Shown here: positions 28,255 through 37,764 of the stretch, in pieces
Layout of the letters: every line of letters begins with the position of its first letter
Numbering within the stretch: the stretch's first letter is position 1
Source of the DNA: an archaeon
GTDB taxonomy: Archaea > Nanobdellota > Nanobdellia > Woesearchaeales > UBA9642
Length of the DNA: 48,886 bases
Direction: 5' to 3'
NCBI GenBank assembly: GCA_043806035.1
Contig: JAZDHK010000039.1
Coordinates: forward strand, 1-48,886
Notes under the pieces: model-generated
What the model saw: only the letters and a program-made list of their open reading frames with translations
Database searches by the model: none
Told to the model about the DNA's origin: nothing
Made by a program: the position numbers and the translations under genes

Positions 28255-28258
28255 TTTC

Positions 28259-28660
28259 TTACCTCATACACGCGCATTCCTTGTAGCCCTTGCGTAGTGC
28301 TTTGATGCGGCTGTCGAAGAATACCTTGTTCTTTTGGTTGATGTTCTTTGAGAATGGGCAGTCGGTGACGTGCACTTTTCCTCCGGTGATGCTGCCGACG
28401 AAGAGTTTCTTCGGCGCAGGAGTTGCTGTCCTGACGATGGTGGGCGCTTCCCGTATTTTCCGTGAGACGAGTGCTGACTGGAGTTCTGCTATCCTTACTT
28501 TGAGCACTTCGAGTTCTTCTTGCGTCACTTTGAGCTCTTTTGCGGTTTCTGATTGTGCCAAAGAGAGCTGATTGTATCTCAGGTTAAGGTCTGTGATGTC
28601 GTTCTTCACTCGTTGGAATGAGAGCCTGATGCTTTCGACAAACTGTGCAAATTTCCCCAT
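28259..28660 (-). CDS. coiled-coil protein with C-terminal Ada-type metal-binding motif
   Basis: FVGS..GGKVH..DC...I...N.VFF.S...A...GYKEC; GGTGA RBS. Confidence 0.75.
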   Translation of the reverse strand: MGKFAQFVESIRLSFQRVKNDITDLNLRYNQLSLAQSETAKELKVTQEELEVLKVRIAELQSALVSRKIREAPTIVRTATPAPKKLFVGSITGGKVHVTDCPFSKNINQKNKVFFDSRIKALRKGYKECACMR

Positions 28661-28760
28661 GCTATCACCAAGAGGAGAGAAAGCTACGAGCATTTATAAA
28701 TATTGTGTAATGTAATCACTATACAGTGATGTATGAGTGCGGTGAGAACAAGCAAAAGCT

Positions 28761-29495
28761 TTACGCAAGAATGAAATCTCCTTCCGCATACGCTGGAGAA
28801 GATACGCACAAAATGGCAAGTTCTTCTGCAGCACTTCCATTTTCCAGAGCATGAACGGTATTTGTCGGAACGTATATGACAGACCCTCTTTTCACCGCAA
28901 ACGTTTGTTCTCCAACCCTGACTTTCCCCCTTCCATCGATTACATAATAGAGTTCTTCACTATCGGCATGATAATGTGGAATTGCCTTCCTGTGCTGAGG
29001 CAAGACACCGACCGCCAATGCGACATCGAGGCGTTTTCTCTCTTCTGCAGTCATGAGCTCATAGATCAGGGCACCATCTAACGCAGTTATCGGAGATTGC
29101 ACATACATGAATTGTTCAGGAGCACTATCTTCGGTCGGAACGTCCAAGAGTTCAACATCCTCAGCCGCAAATGGTGGAATGGCAAGCACCAAATGCTCTA
29201 AATCAGATGTTCCCGTATTCCTTACCATGTGGGGAGTGGATGGTGGAAGAACAAGATACGCTCCTTTTTCAACACGCATTCCTTTATTTCCATGATATAC
29301 AATTCCTTCACCGTCTAAGATAAAATAAATCTCACTCATTCGTGCGTGCTGATGCCAAAGAGAAACATTGCCTGCATGCATGATGACATGGGCCAGGCTC
29401 ACGTTTTGCAAAGAAATAACTTCTCGTAAAACTTGATTACATACATTGTCAACAGCAGGTAATTCGTATACGTCGATCAGTTTTGGTTTTGACAC
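28761..29495 (-). CDS. bicupin protein
   Basis: Two cupin motifs: HQH...EIYFILDG...PH and HYH...ELYYVIDG...VH. Confidence 0.88.
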   Translation of the reverse strand: MSKPKLIDVYELPAVDNVCNQVLREVISLQNVSLAHVIMHAGNVSLWHQHARMSEIYFILDGEGIVYHGNKGMRVEKGAYLVLPPSTPHMVRNTGTSDLEHLVLAIPPFAAEDVELLDVPTEDSAPEQFMYVQSPITALDGALIYELMTAEERKRLDVALAVGVLPQHRKAIPHYHADSEELYYVIDGRGKVRVGEQTFAVKRGSVIYVPTNTVHALENGSAAEELAILCVSSPAYAEGDFILA

Positions 29496-29559
29496 CTACA
29501 GAGGATATGTACTGAAATATATAAACATTCGTGATTCAGTCGTTACACAGAAGAAGGTA

Positions 29560-30981
29560 CTACCGATAATATCTTTCCTTAGAGCCAATCAGCACGTCCG
29601 CAAGTGCGCCAATGCCTAGGCCGCCACTTACACCCAAGAATGACCAGAGCACGACCATCCATGGCCTGAACCTGCGAACGTCAAAGCCATTCTTGAAGTT
29701 TTGCTCATATAGTCCAAAGGCTTTCAGGAGCAAGTCTTTCCGTTGTCCGTCCGGCCGTTCATGCCGTTGCAGGACCGCTTCTTCATAATCGAGAATCATC
29801 TTCTTGAGTTCAGGTGCGTTCTGCATCGTATACTGCACACCACCGAGAATCTCGGACAAGTTCTTTGTCATGTAGGCGACACGGTCTATTCCTTGCTCTG
29901 CCACCTGGAATTCACGAGGTCCATCGTCAAAATGAGAATAGGTTATGTAGCTGTCACTGTGCGCGTACGGTTCCGCTCGTATCCAGTTTTGCGCTGATGT
30001 ACGTACGGCTGGCCACACGGAGATAATCTTCGGCAAGTTGATCATGAGCGTGGATCCTGTTTTCCAGTATGCGGCAAGTTCTGCACACTCGTTTGCTGAG
30101 AGCGAATCTCTCTTTAGCGCAGCGAGCGATCTCCGTATTGCATTTTCGTTCTGCTCGTGCGTGATGTTGCTCGGCAGCAAGCGCTCGTCGAACAAGAGCA
30201 CGGTTGGCTGTTCGAGAAGGATGTGTGCTTCCTGGACTGCAGCTTTCCCTCGTGCGGAATAATAGTCATAAGAGTGCGTGGTGTAATCGTAAACTTCATA
30301 CGATGTCGTCGTGGTATTACCATCTTCATCGATTGATGTCGAATATTCTGTATGATAGCTGTCCCAGTGCGAATCGTCCCAGGCAGCGCTGAGATGCGTG
30401 CTGAGCTTGCCTGCCTGCAATGCTGCATCTATGAATGGCTGTAATGATACATATGCCCTGGTCGCCTCTATGGGAATTGAGTCAAGCAATGCATCAAGCA
30501 TAAAATTGTGCTTTTCCAGCGTCGGATCGAGCTTGCGCTCGAGCTGTTCGGCGAATGCGAGGTTGAAATTTTCTTCGCCCGACGCTGCCGCAAGGGTATG
30601 TGCCTCGAATATTTTCATCGTCATGTCGTTGACGCTCGTCAGATAGTCCGTCCAGGGACCTATGTCTTCCCCTCGTGCTTCTGCATCTTTGATGATCTGC
30701 GTCTTTTCAGAGAAAACAGTAGGTATAACCGAGCCTCGTTCTTTCTCGTGCTGATAGCTCATAATGCCCGCCATGAGTCCAAAGCCTATTGCTCCGATGA
30801 GCAGTTCTGCTTTCGTTCGTTGGAAGAAATCGAACATGCCTGATGCTGCCCTCTGCGTCGCTCCAGTGATGCCTGCTGCCGTTTTTTGTGTTACTGCCTT
30901 GACATCTGTTGTCACATCTTTAACGAACTCTTTCACCGGTTCATTGGGAGGGTTTTGTTTAAGGTATTCGTTGAGGTCCAC
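29560..30981 (-). CDS. hypothetical membrane protein (N- and C-terminal TM, large extracellular domain)
   Basis: 473-aa ORF, GTG start after a TATA box; TM segments near aa 60-77 and at the C-terminus. Confidence 0.75.
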   Translation of the reverse strand: MDLNEYLKQNPPNEPVKEFVKDVTTDVKAVTQKTAAGITGATQRAASGMFDFFQRTKAELLIGAIGFGLMAGIMSYQHEKERGSVIPTVFSEKTQIIKDAEARGEDIGPWTDYLTSVNDMTMKIFEAHTLAAASGEENFNLAFAEQLERKLDPTLEKHNFMLDALLDSIPIEATRAYVSLQPFIDAALQAGKLSTHLSAAWDDSHWDSYHTEYSTSIDEDGNTTTTSYEVYDYTTHSYDYYSARGKAAVQEAHILLEQPTVLLFDERLLPSNITHEQNENAIRRSLAALKRDSLSANECAELAAYWKTGSTLMINLPKIISVWPAVRTSAQNWIRAEPYAHSDSYITYSHFDDGPREFQVAEQGIDRVAYMTKNLSEILGGVQYTMQNAPELKKMILDYEEAVLQRHERPDGQRKDLLLKAFGLYEQNFKNGFDVRRFRPWMVVLWSFLGVSGGLGIGALADVLIGSKERYYR

Positions 30982-31099
30982 ACTTGACGCAAATGACCCT
31001 GCGTTTATAAATGTTATTATTGTTATTACTGAATAGGAGTATACACATTTGATTTATTGCCCCGATATAAATTTAAAGACTGAAAACACTCCAAATAGT

Positions 31100-31618
31100 A
31101 TGGGCAGAATATACACGAGAACAGGGGATCAGGGCATGACGGCAAATTATGCCGGCGAGCGCATCCCGAAAGACGACAAAGCCATCGTCATTGCAGGACT
31201 GCTGGACAGCTTCCAGGCAGCCATCGACCTTGCCATAAGCTTTCTCGGCATAGACCAATTACAACTGCACATCAAGCAAGACCTCCAGAACATTCAGGAT
31301 AGGCTGTGGCAGATGGCAGGAGAACTCAGCCTCTGCTCCCTCGGCAAGAATGTCAAGCAGCCCATAACTGGCGAGGACGTTGCAATGCTCGAACGCATTA
31401 TCGACAGTCTGGGAGATACCCCAGAAAAGTTCGTGCGATTCACCCTCCATGCTGCTGCATTCCTGAATGAAGCACGGGTGCGCTGCAGGGCTTTGGAAAG
31501 CGCTCTCACTCCGCTACTGAGAGAACACAAAATCAGGCAGGACGTGTACCAGTATCTCAACAGGCTTTCTGACACGCTGTTCATGATGGCATATGCGGTG
31601 CAGACAGCAACGCGCTAA
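31100..31618 (+). CDS. pduO: PduO-type ATP:cob(I)alamin adenosyltransferase
   Basis: RIYTRTGDQGMT, ARVRCRALE, YLNRLSDTLF. Confidence 0.88.
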   Translation: MGRIYTRTGDQGMTANYAGERIPKDDKAIVIAGLLDSFQAAIDLAISFLGIDQLQLHIKQDLQNIQDRLWQMAGELSLCSLGKNVKQPITGEDVAMLERIIDSLGDTPEKFVRFTLHAAAFLNEARVRCRALESALTPLLREHKIRQDVYQYLNRLSDTLFMMAYAVQTATR

Positions 31619-31619
31619 G

Positions 31620-32879
31620 TCACCAGTGTCTATCCTTATTCGTCAGAATTGCCGTTCTTGCAGCTCTGGTCCAGAGAGTTTGACCACCATCAGAATAGGG
31701 GTTCATCAAGGAGTTTCGAACGTAATCATGTTCGGCGTCAAAGAGATGACCAAGTTCATGGCAGATCACTTGCACATTGTCCTGCTCACCCACTTCTGCC
31801 CAAAGACAGCCCGTAGTTGGAGATGCCTGGCCGTGGACGCTGCCGACGATGTCATCATTGCTGTTTCCCCAATCCGTGCCCGTGAGTATTATGCACAGTG
31901 TTCCTGGTGTTTGCTTTCTCATTTGCGTTATAATAGAAGTGAATGACCAGGAGTCTCCAAGATGCAACGGATAATAGTTACCCGTGAAGGATATGCCAAA
32001 CTGTTGCTGATATTCTTGGTTAACGCTGCGCATCAGTGTTTCTGCTGCATGTCGGGAAACATCATCGAGGTAAATGCTCACGGGAATGGTGCGTTCCCTT
32101 CCTTTTTCGGGAACGACGGGTGGTTGTTCCAGAACAGGATACTTTGCCAGTTCGGTGACGGGAGTGAAGCAGAAATAATTTTTGGTAAGAAAGGTGCCGT
32201 TGCTTTTTTTGGCCAAATACCTACAGGTTTCCTGGGCTAACACTCTTCCCAGATCACGTGCAGGCACATCATCATCGATCAGACTCACTCGCTCTGAGGG
32301 CACTGATTTGATTGCCCAGTCATCATCGCCATGACTATAGTCATTTTTTGTTATAACAAAATAGTACTCGTGACTATTCTCGAATGATCGCTTGACACAA
32401 TCAGGAAATTGGTTTTCGGAGAATGAATAAGGCATAGAAACAACGACGCGTTCTGCTTCGTCAAGCACAACACTTTGCAATGCAAGCAAGACGTTGGCTC
32501 TTTGCAAGGCCCAGCAATAAGCGTCTATATTCCCGTCCAGAGCGATACCAAAGGAGACGTGTCTTGCGACCGTCGGTGTAGTAGATAACAGCAATTGTTC
32601 CAGCTGAACCGTGAATGCAGTATATGCCTGCACGTTATCTGCATACATCCAGAAGGGAACAAAGACATGTTCAAGCCTTTCCGACAAGTCAGCGTTAGCC
32701 TGCACAAGCTCATCATGCGCTTCATGCTGCCGTATTAGTTCCAATTTCTCTTTGTTTTCGAGGATACTACTCGTGAGGGTTCCTCGCTGCAGTACATTGT
32801 AGCCAACATTTCCAGCAAGTGCCGCAGCCAACGTCAATGCAACAATCGTCTTTCCTTTCAAGATATCTCCTCTGTGCAT
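31620..32879 (-). CDS. secreted/anchored metzincin zinc metalloprotease
   Basis: N-terminal hydrophobic helix; HELGHLFDAEH followed by Met-turn SLM. Confidence 0.8.
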   Translation of the reverse strand: MHRGDILKGKTIVALTLAAALAGNVGYNVLQRGTLTSSILENKEKLELIRQHEAHDELVQANADLSERLEHVFVPFWMYADNVQAYTAFTVQLEQLLLSTTPTVARHVSFGIALDGNIDAYCWALQRANVLLALQSVVLDEAERVVVSMPYSFSENQFPDCVKRSFENSHEYYFVITKNDYSHGDDDWAIKSVPSERVSLIDDDVPARDLGRVLAQETCRYLAKKSNGTFLTKNYFCFTPVTELAKYPVLEQPPVVPEKGRERTIPVSIYLDDVSRHAAETLMRSVNQEYQQQFGISFTGNYYPLHLGDSWSFTSIITQMRKQTPGTLCIILTGTDWGNSNDDIVGSVHGQASPTTGCLWAEVGEQDNVQVICHELGHLFDAEHDYVRNSLMNPYSDGGQTLWTRAARTAILTNKDRHW

Positions 32880-33017
32880 ACCGCTTTGACTTGAGAGAAA
32901 AACAATATCATTTATAAATATCGTCATTAATGACCATTAAAGAGTGATTACAATATCTTTGTTTTTGTGTTGTCAACGTCACAGAATAAACACCGAAACG
33001 TATCAGAAAGAAGGTTC

Positions 33018-35969
33018 TCAGAGTAATTTGTGCTGCTCAATAATGTCCTGCAGCGTGTTATTCACGATGAACTCAACAGCATAAACTCCTCGCTGATTGG
33101 GATCAAAATAGATGTTGTTGAAACCGCGCACGCCCGCAGGCTTTCCGATGAGCGGGACGTACTTGTTCATGGGCTCCATGCCCGGATGGAGCACGACGAT
33201 ATGCCCATCAGCATAACCCACGCCAGGCTGGTGCCTATCTCCTGCAATGACGATGTCCGCATCATTATTGCTTCTCAGCAGGTGATGGAGAATGCCATAC
33301 ACTTCATCTTGTTTTGTGGGGAATTTGTGCATGGCAAAGAGCTTCTGCCCTCCCTCAAGAACAATCGTGCCTACTCCAACATCGTTGCCTTTGCCAGAAA
33401 GCACGTACAGCCTCTTGTCATCAAGATAGTGCTCGTCAAACTGCAGGCTCAACTCAATTGCCTCATCTGCTGTCGGCTCCGACTTGTTGGCATGGTTGCC
33501 GCTCATGAGCACGCCTCTGCCTCCAGCAGCAAGGATGCCTTGAGCATAGGGCTTGAGGAGCAACTTGAACATGTGTTTCTGCTCGGAAATATTATGCACG
33601 GTTATCGCCCGAAGATTGATGAGGCTCTGCCGGGCAAGCTCCTCCAGCTTCTGAACAGGAGTCATGATAGTGTCAGCGAGTATCTTCTCGACAATTTTTG
33701 TGCGGAAACTCTCGGGATTATGCCCTTCATACCGTGCAGCACTCTCAAATATTCTTTTTTCTGTGCCGTGCAGCACTTCATCCCAGCAAAAGTAGTCCGG
33801 CAAGCCATGCATCTCCTGGTAGAGCATCATCGCCCTAATCATCTGCGACGCAGAATACCTGTCAGGATCATTGGATGTGCCAAGGTGGAAATCACCTGCT
33901 GCCTCTATTCTCTTGAATGCTATCTTTGCTTCGTCTTTCCTGCCCTGGATGCGTTGGATGAGACGCTCCTTCTCGCCATCAGTGATATTTTCTTTAGCCA
34001 ATTCCGCTCTGTACGAGTCTATCTCTTCGGCAATCTTGCCGTAGCGTATGAGTTGGCTCGTGTCAATGACCGTGAAACGGTTCACGCCACGATCATCCTC
34101 GGTGTGCAAGACTGCGGCACTGCCATACGGTCCTGCCTTGTAGCGTTTCGTGTGCCAATTCCTGAAATTATGATTTACTGCCCATTCCAGCCGTGAAACG
34201 CTCTGGAGCGTGGGAAGATTGATCAAGTATGCTATGCCTTGATCCTTCACGAACTGGCCAGAGATGAGATGCTCGCTCTCCTTGAACCAGGGCATAACCC
34301 TGAAGCCACCTCCAGCATGGCCTCCAAGAAGAATGATGTCTGGGCGATTGTCTTCGTCAAGAGCATCGTATAATTTGTGCAACACCATGTTCTGGTAGTT
34401 CAGCTCAAGCTTCGCATCCCTGATACTGGACGGCTTCACGCTATCAGAGAAGATATTGTTGATGTTGTGCACAAGCAATATTTTTTTCTCTCCCCGTATC
34501 AACTCATACTCGACGTCCGCAGTGTCTTTCTTGCCTGTCTTGACATCCAACAATTCTGTGTCGACAGTGATGAGCTTTCGGGGACTGGTGTGCGTGACCA
34601 GCGGCTGCTTGAGGGTCCAGCTAAGGAAGTGCTTCTTGTAATGCTCCTTTGCTTTCTTGAAGACAAGCTCCACTTCATCCGCCATGGCAGGGTACTGCTT
34701 CGTGAACCACGTTATCTCTCTTCTCTCTCCTAACAGGCGCTCCGTCCAGCTCATTAAGGCAATAAGATCCCGGTTCTGGAATCGCACCTCTTCCTTCCTT
34801 TCCTCTTCACGCTCAAGTATGCCTTCCAGTTTCTTGACACGGGCGCAGATACGGTCCTGCATAGCCTGATCAGGGGCATTTCTTGCCCAGTATAGGAACT
34901 TGAGGACGTCACGGATGGTCGTCTCATATACCGACTTGTCCAATTTGATATCAGAAGGAATTTTTTCAAGGTACGCATGAGCAAGTTCGTCGAATTCAGG
35001 TTTCACTCTCGCATAATATGCTTCCCTGCCCTCTTTCTTGTTTCTCAGGAGGCTGGTCTTTTTCCTTGCATCTTCCAACGCCTTCTTCTCAAAATCATTG
35101 AGGTAGAAGGAGAGCATTGCTTTCGCCAACTCTGCGTTTTGCTCTTCCTGCAGCATCTTGATCTGGATGGCTTTCTCTTTCGCCCACTGCTTCAAGTACG
35201 TTTCTTCTATATGGCGCATGTTTTTCCTGTCTTCCTCACCGAACTGTATCCTCACGACAGTATCTTCTGGAAGCGTATCCATAAGGGTGACGATCTGCTC
35301 CTCTGCTGCCATGAATGCATCCGTGAGCGAGGTGATCTTTCGCCGCTCAAGATTATTGATGTGCCGTTCATAGAATTCCTGCTCTGAGTCATTCTCCAAG
35401 CGTTCTTCAAGCAAGACTTCCGCAAGCCCTTTGTCCTTGACGTTCCTTGGCACGTACCCGAGAAAACGCAGGTCTGACTTGTAACTCTCTGATGTGTATG
35501 GCGGCACGTGAGGGATGACTCCTCCCTGAAAAACGACCTCATCGAGCGTTCTCGATATGTTGTTCACGTCCAAGAAGAGAGAAAGCCCTTTCAGCGTTAA
35601 GGGATCATACACTTTCGTCCCGAATGCTGGCTCTGCAATGTAGAGCGCGCTATAACTGTAGCCATCATGCTGCGGCTCCATGCTGGGTTCTGCACGGACA
35701 AGGATGTCAAGCGCTTCCGGCGAGAGCGAATAGTACGTCTTCGTTTCATTCTTCTTTTTTTTCGTTTCTGTGTGGATGCTGATGCCCTCTCTTTGGCCGA
35801 GGCTAGTGATGATGCGCTTAGTTTTCGCAGGGCTTATGCTAAGAAATTCTTGAATGTCATGGAACGTCGGCTGGGTTTTTGTGTCAGCGCTTCTCCCTCT
35901 GAGAAAGTTGAACAGGCGCAACTCAAGAGTGCTAAGATGGACGACATTATACTCATCGTCTTTTATCAT
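33018..35969 (-). CDS. large wHTH + tandem metallophosphoesterase-fold protein (983 aa)
   Basis: N-terminal HTH-like segment; C-terminal GDFHLG/WDEVLHG/SGNH/AMH/GDRH motifs; an earlier degenerate copy (AEPAFG/QGGVI/FGEED/LVHN/GGH) split by a long helical insert. Confidence 0.75.
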   Translation of the reverse strand: MIKDDEYNVVHLSTLELRLFNFLRGRSADTKTQPTFHDIQEFLSISPAKTKRIITSLGQREGISIHTETKKKKNETKTYYSLSPEALDILVRAEPSMEPQHDGYSYSALYIAEPAFGTKVYDPLTLKGLSLFLDVNNISRTLDEVVFQGGVIPHVPPYTSESYKSDLRFLGYVPRNVKDKGLAEVLLEERLENDSEQEFYERHINNLERRKITSLTDAFMAAEEQIVTLMDTLPEDTVVRIQFGEEDRKNMRHIEETYLKQWAKEKAIQIKMLQEEQNAELAKAMLSFYLNDFEKKALEDARKKTSLLRNKKEGREAYYARVKPEFDELAHAYLEKIPSDIKLDKSVYETTIRDVLKFLYWARNAPDQAMQDRICARVKKLEGILEREEERKEEVRFQNRDLIALMSWTERLLGERREITWFTKQYPAMADEVELVFKKAKEHYKKHFLSWTLKQPLVTHTSPRKLITVDTELLDVKTGKKDTADVEYELIRGEKKILLVHNINNIFSDSVKPSSIRDAKLELNYQNMVLHKLYDALDEDNRPDIILLGGHAGGGFRVMPWFKESEHLISGQFVKDQGIAYLINLPTLQSVSRLEWAVNHNFRNWHTKRYKAGPYGSAAVLHTEDDRGVNRFTVIDTSQLIRYGKIAEEIDSYRAELAKENITDGEKERLIQRIQGRKDEAKIAFKRIEAAGDFHLGTSNDPDRYSASQMIRAMMLYQEMHGLPDYFCWDEVLHGTEKRIFESAARYEGHNPESFRTKIVEKILADTIMTPVQKLEELARQSLINLRAITVHNISEQKHMFKLLLKPYAQGILAAGGRGVLMSGNHANKSEPTADEAIELSLQFDEHYLDDKRLYVLSGKGNDVGVGTIVLEGGQKLFAMHKFPTKQDEVYGILHHLLRSNNDADIVIAGDRHQPGVGYADGHIVVLHPGMEPMNKYVPLIGKPAGVRGFNNIYFDPNQRGVYAVEFIVNNTLQDIIEQHKLL

Positions 35970-36180
35970 TCTCGAACTACCACCCTTGCTTTTTTCAGGA
36001 ATAGCATTCTTTATATGTTTATCGTCAATGTGCAAGGTATAACAGAAAAGAAAGAATCAAACATATAGATTAGTTAATACTCTTCGTTTCGTCTCCAACA
36101 CATAATGAATAGTGACGATGAATGCGGCGAACGCATTAACGTGAAGGCATCGCAAAAAGAAACGCCATTGGCAGAAGCGA

Positions 36181-37527
36181 TCATTTCTCCTTGATGATGC
36201 CGTATCCAATGAGCCTGAATCTCTGCTCGACCCTTCTTGAAAGAGTAACGCGTGCGCCGACAGCAGCACAGACGGGCAGACGGAGCTTGCACTTTATCGT
36301 GTCCTTTGCCATGCCACTGATGATGCCGACGGTAGCGCAGCTGTTCACGTTGATCATGAGCATCTCCGTTAGCTTGAGTGGGTCGACTTTCCTGTCTTCC
36401 TTGCTGCCCACCACTCTATCCAGCAGCTTGTACTGTAGTGTCAATTCATGCCAGACCGGCGGCAGCTTGCCAACTCTGCCCACAAGATTTCCCGTCATGG
36501 CGTCTCCCTTGATGATGCTCGGGTCGAGATCGGTCAGGATGGCCACACTGCCTCCTGGACTGAGATGGTCTACATGTTGCCCTCCGGTCACGAGGTCAAG
36601 CGCAACCGTCATGATGGGCTTTGCAACGATTTGATTGTGTTCTTCTGTGACCTGTCCTGGTCTGATCTCGATAGTCTCCCCTTTCGTGATCTTGCCTGTC
36701 GCCACGCTTCCACCGAGGACTCCTCCCTTGATGTCCTTGACTGCAGTTCCCGGCTTATTAAGGTCGAAGCTCCGTGCAATGAACATGAGGAACTCGTCAT
36801 CTTCCTTGCGTTCCGGCGTCGGGATACATTTCTGTATCGCGTCGAGCAAGAGGTCGGTGTTAACGTTATGCTGCGCACTGAGCGGGATGATGGGGACGTG
36901 CTCATATGGCGTGCCCTTGATGAATTCCTGAATCTGTTTGAAATGGCGTTGTGCCCGTTCGGCAGAGACGAGATCTATCTTGTTCTGGACGATGATGACG
37001 TTCTTGATGCCACAGATTTCCAGGGCCATGAGGTGTTCTCTCGTCTGGGGCTGCGGACAGGTTTCGTTCGCTGCAACGAGCAGGAGTGCGCCGTCCATGA
37101 TGTTCGCGCCTGAAAGCATGGTTGCCATAAGACTTTCATGTCCGGGAGCGTCGACAAAAGAAATTTTTCTCACTACTTCGGTTTCTTCGCCGTTCGGCCC
37201 TTTTTCCTTCGTCGTGAAGCATTCTGGTTCTGGCAGTCCTTTGATTCTTCTGACGCACATATCCGCATAGCCTAGCCTGATAGTTATGCCTCGCTTCATT
37301 TCTTCAGAATGCGTGTCCGTCCACTTTCCAGAAAGGGCTTGCGTGAGCGTCGTCTTGCCGTGATCCACATGTCCCACGAGGCCGATGTTGATTTCAGGCT
37401 GTACGGCATCATGAGGTACTGCATCATGCACTGCAGGCTTGTGCTGCTCTGAAGGCTCTTCTTTCTTTTTGCTCTTTCTCTTCTTCTCAGGGCCTGCCGT
37501 GTCTTCTTTCGCTTTCTTCTTCACCAT
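36181..37527 (-). CDS. eif2g: translation initiation factor aIF2 gamma
   Basis: QPEINIGLVGHVDHGKTT, RGITIRLGYA, DAPGHE, NKID, RLIGYG. Confidence 0.97.
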   Translation of the reverse strand: MVKKKAKEDTAGPEKKRKSKKKEEPSEQHKPAVHDAVPHDAVQPEINIGLVGHVDHGKTTLTQALSGKWTDTHSEEMKRGITIRLGYADMCVRRIKGLPEPECFTTKEKGPNGEETEVVRKISFVDAPGHESLMATMLSGANIMDGALLLVAANETCPQPQTREHLMALEICGIKNVIIVQNKIDLVSAERAQRHFKQIQEFIKGTPYEHVPIIPLSAQHNVNTDLLLDAIQKCIPTPERKEDDEFLMFIARSFDLNKPGTAVKDIKGGVLGGSVATGKITKGETIEIRPGQVTEEHNQIVAKPIMTVALDLVTGGQHVDHLSPGGSVAILTDLDPSIIKGDAMTGNLVGRVGKLPPVWHELTLQYKLLDRVVGSKEDRKVDPLKLTEMLMINVNSCATVGIISGMAKDTIKCKLRLPVCAAVGARVTLSRRVEQRFRLIGYGIIKEK

Positions 37528-37595
37528 CGTCTTGCAAGAAAAGATGGACGTTTATAAAAGTTTGGGTGCATGATGCTGCTGCAAAGACGCGAACA

Positions 37596-37736
37596 CTACC
37601 ACCAACCAAGAAATACTCTCCCTAATAGGAAGAGCATGACGAGAACGATGACAAAAATGAAAATGATGACAAGGTCTACTTTCCTGAGGCGAATCTTGCT
37701 CCCTTCAGGATCTTTCGGTGGTGGTAGGTCAGGCAT
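37596..37736 (-). CDS. 46-aa single-TM small protein
   Basis: MPDLPPPKDPEGSKIRLRKVDLVIIFIFVIVLVMLFLLGRVFLGWW; GGAG upstream; too short for the ORF track. Confidence 0.6.
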   Translation of the reverse strand: MPDLPPPKDPEGSKIRLRKVDLVIIFIFVIVLVMLFLLGRVFLGWW

Positions 37737-37764
37737 GCAGTACTCCGTTATACATCATGTTCGT

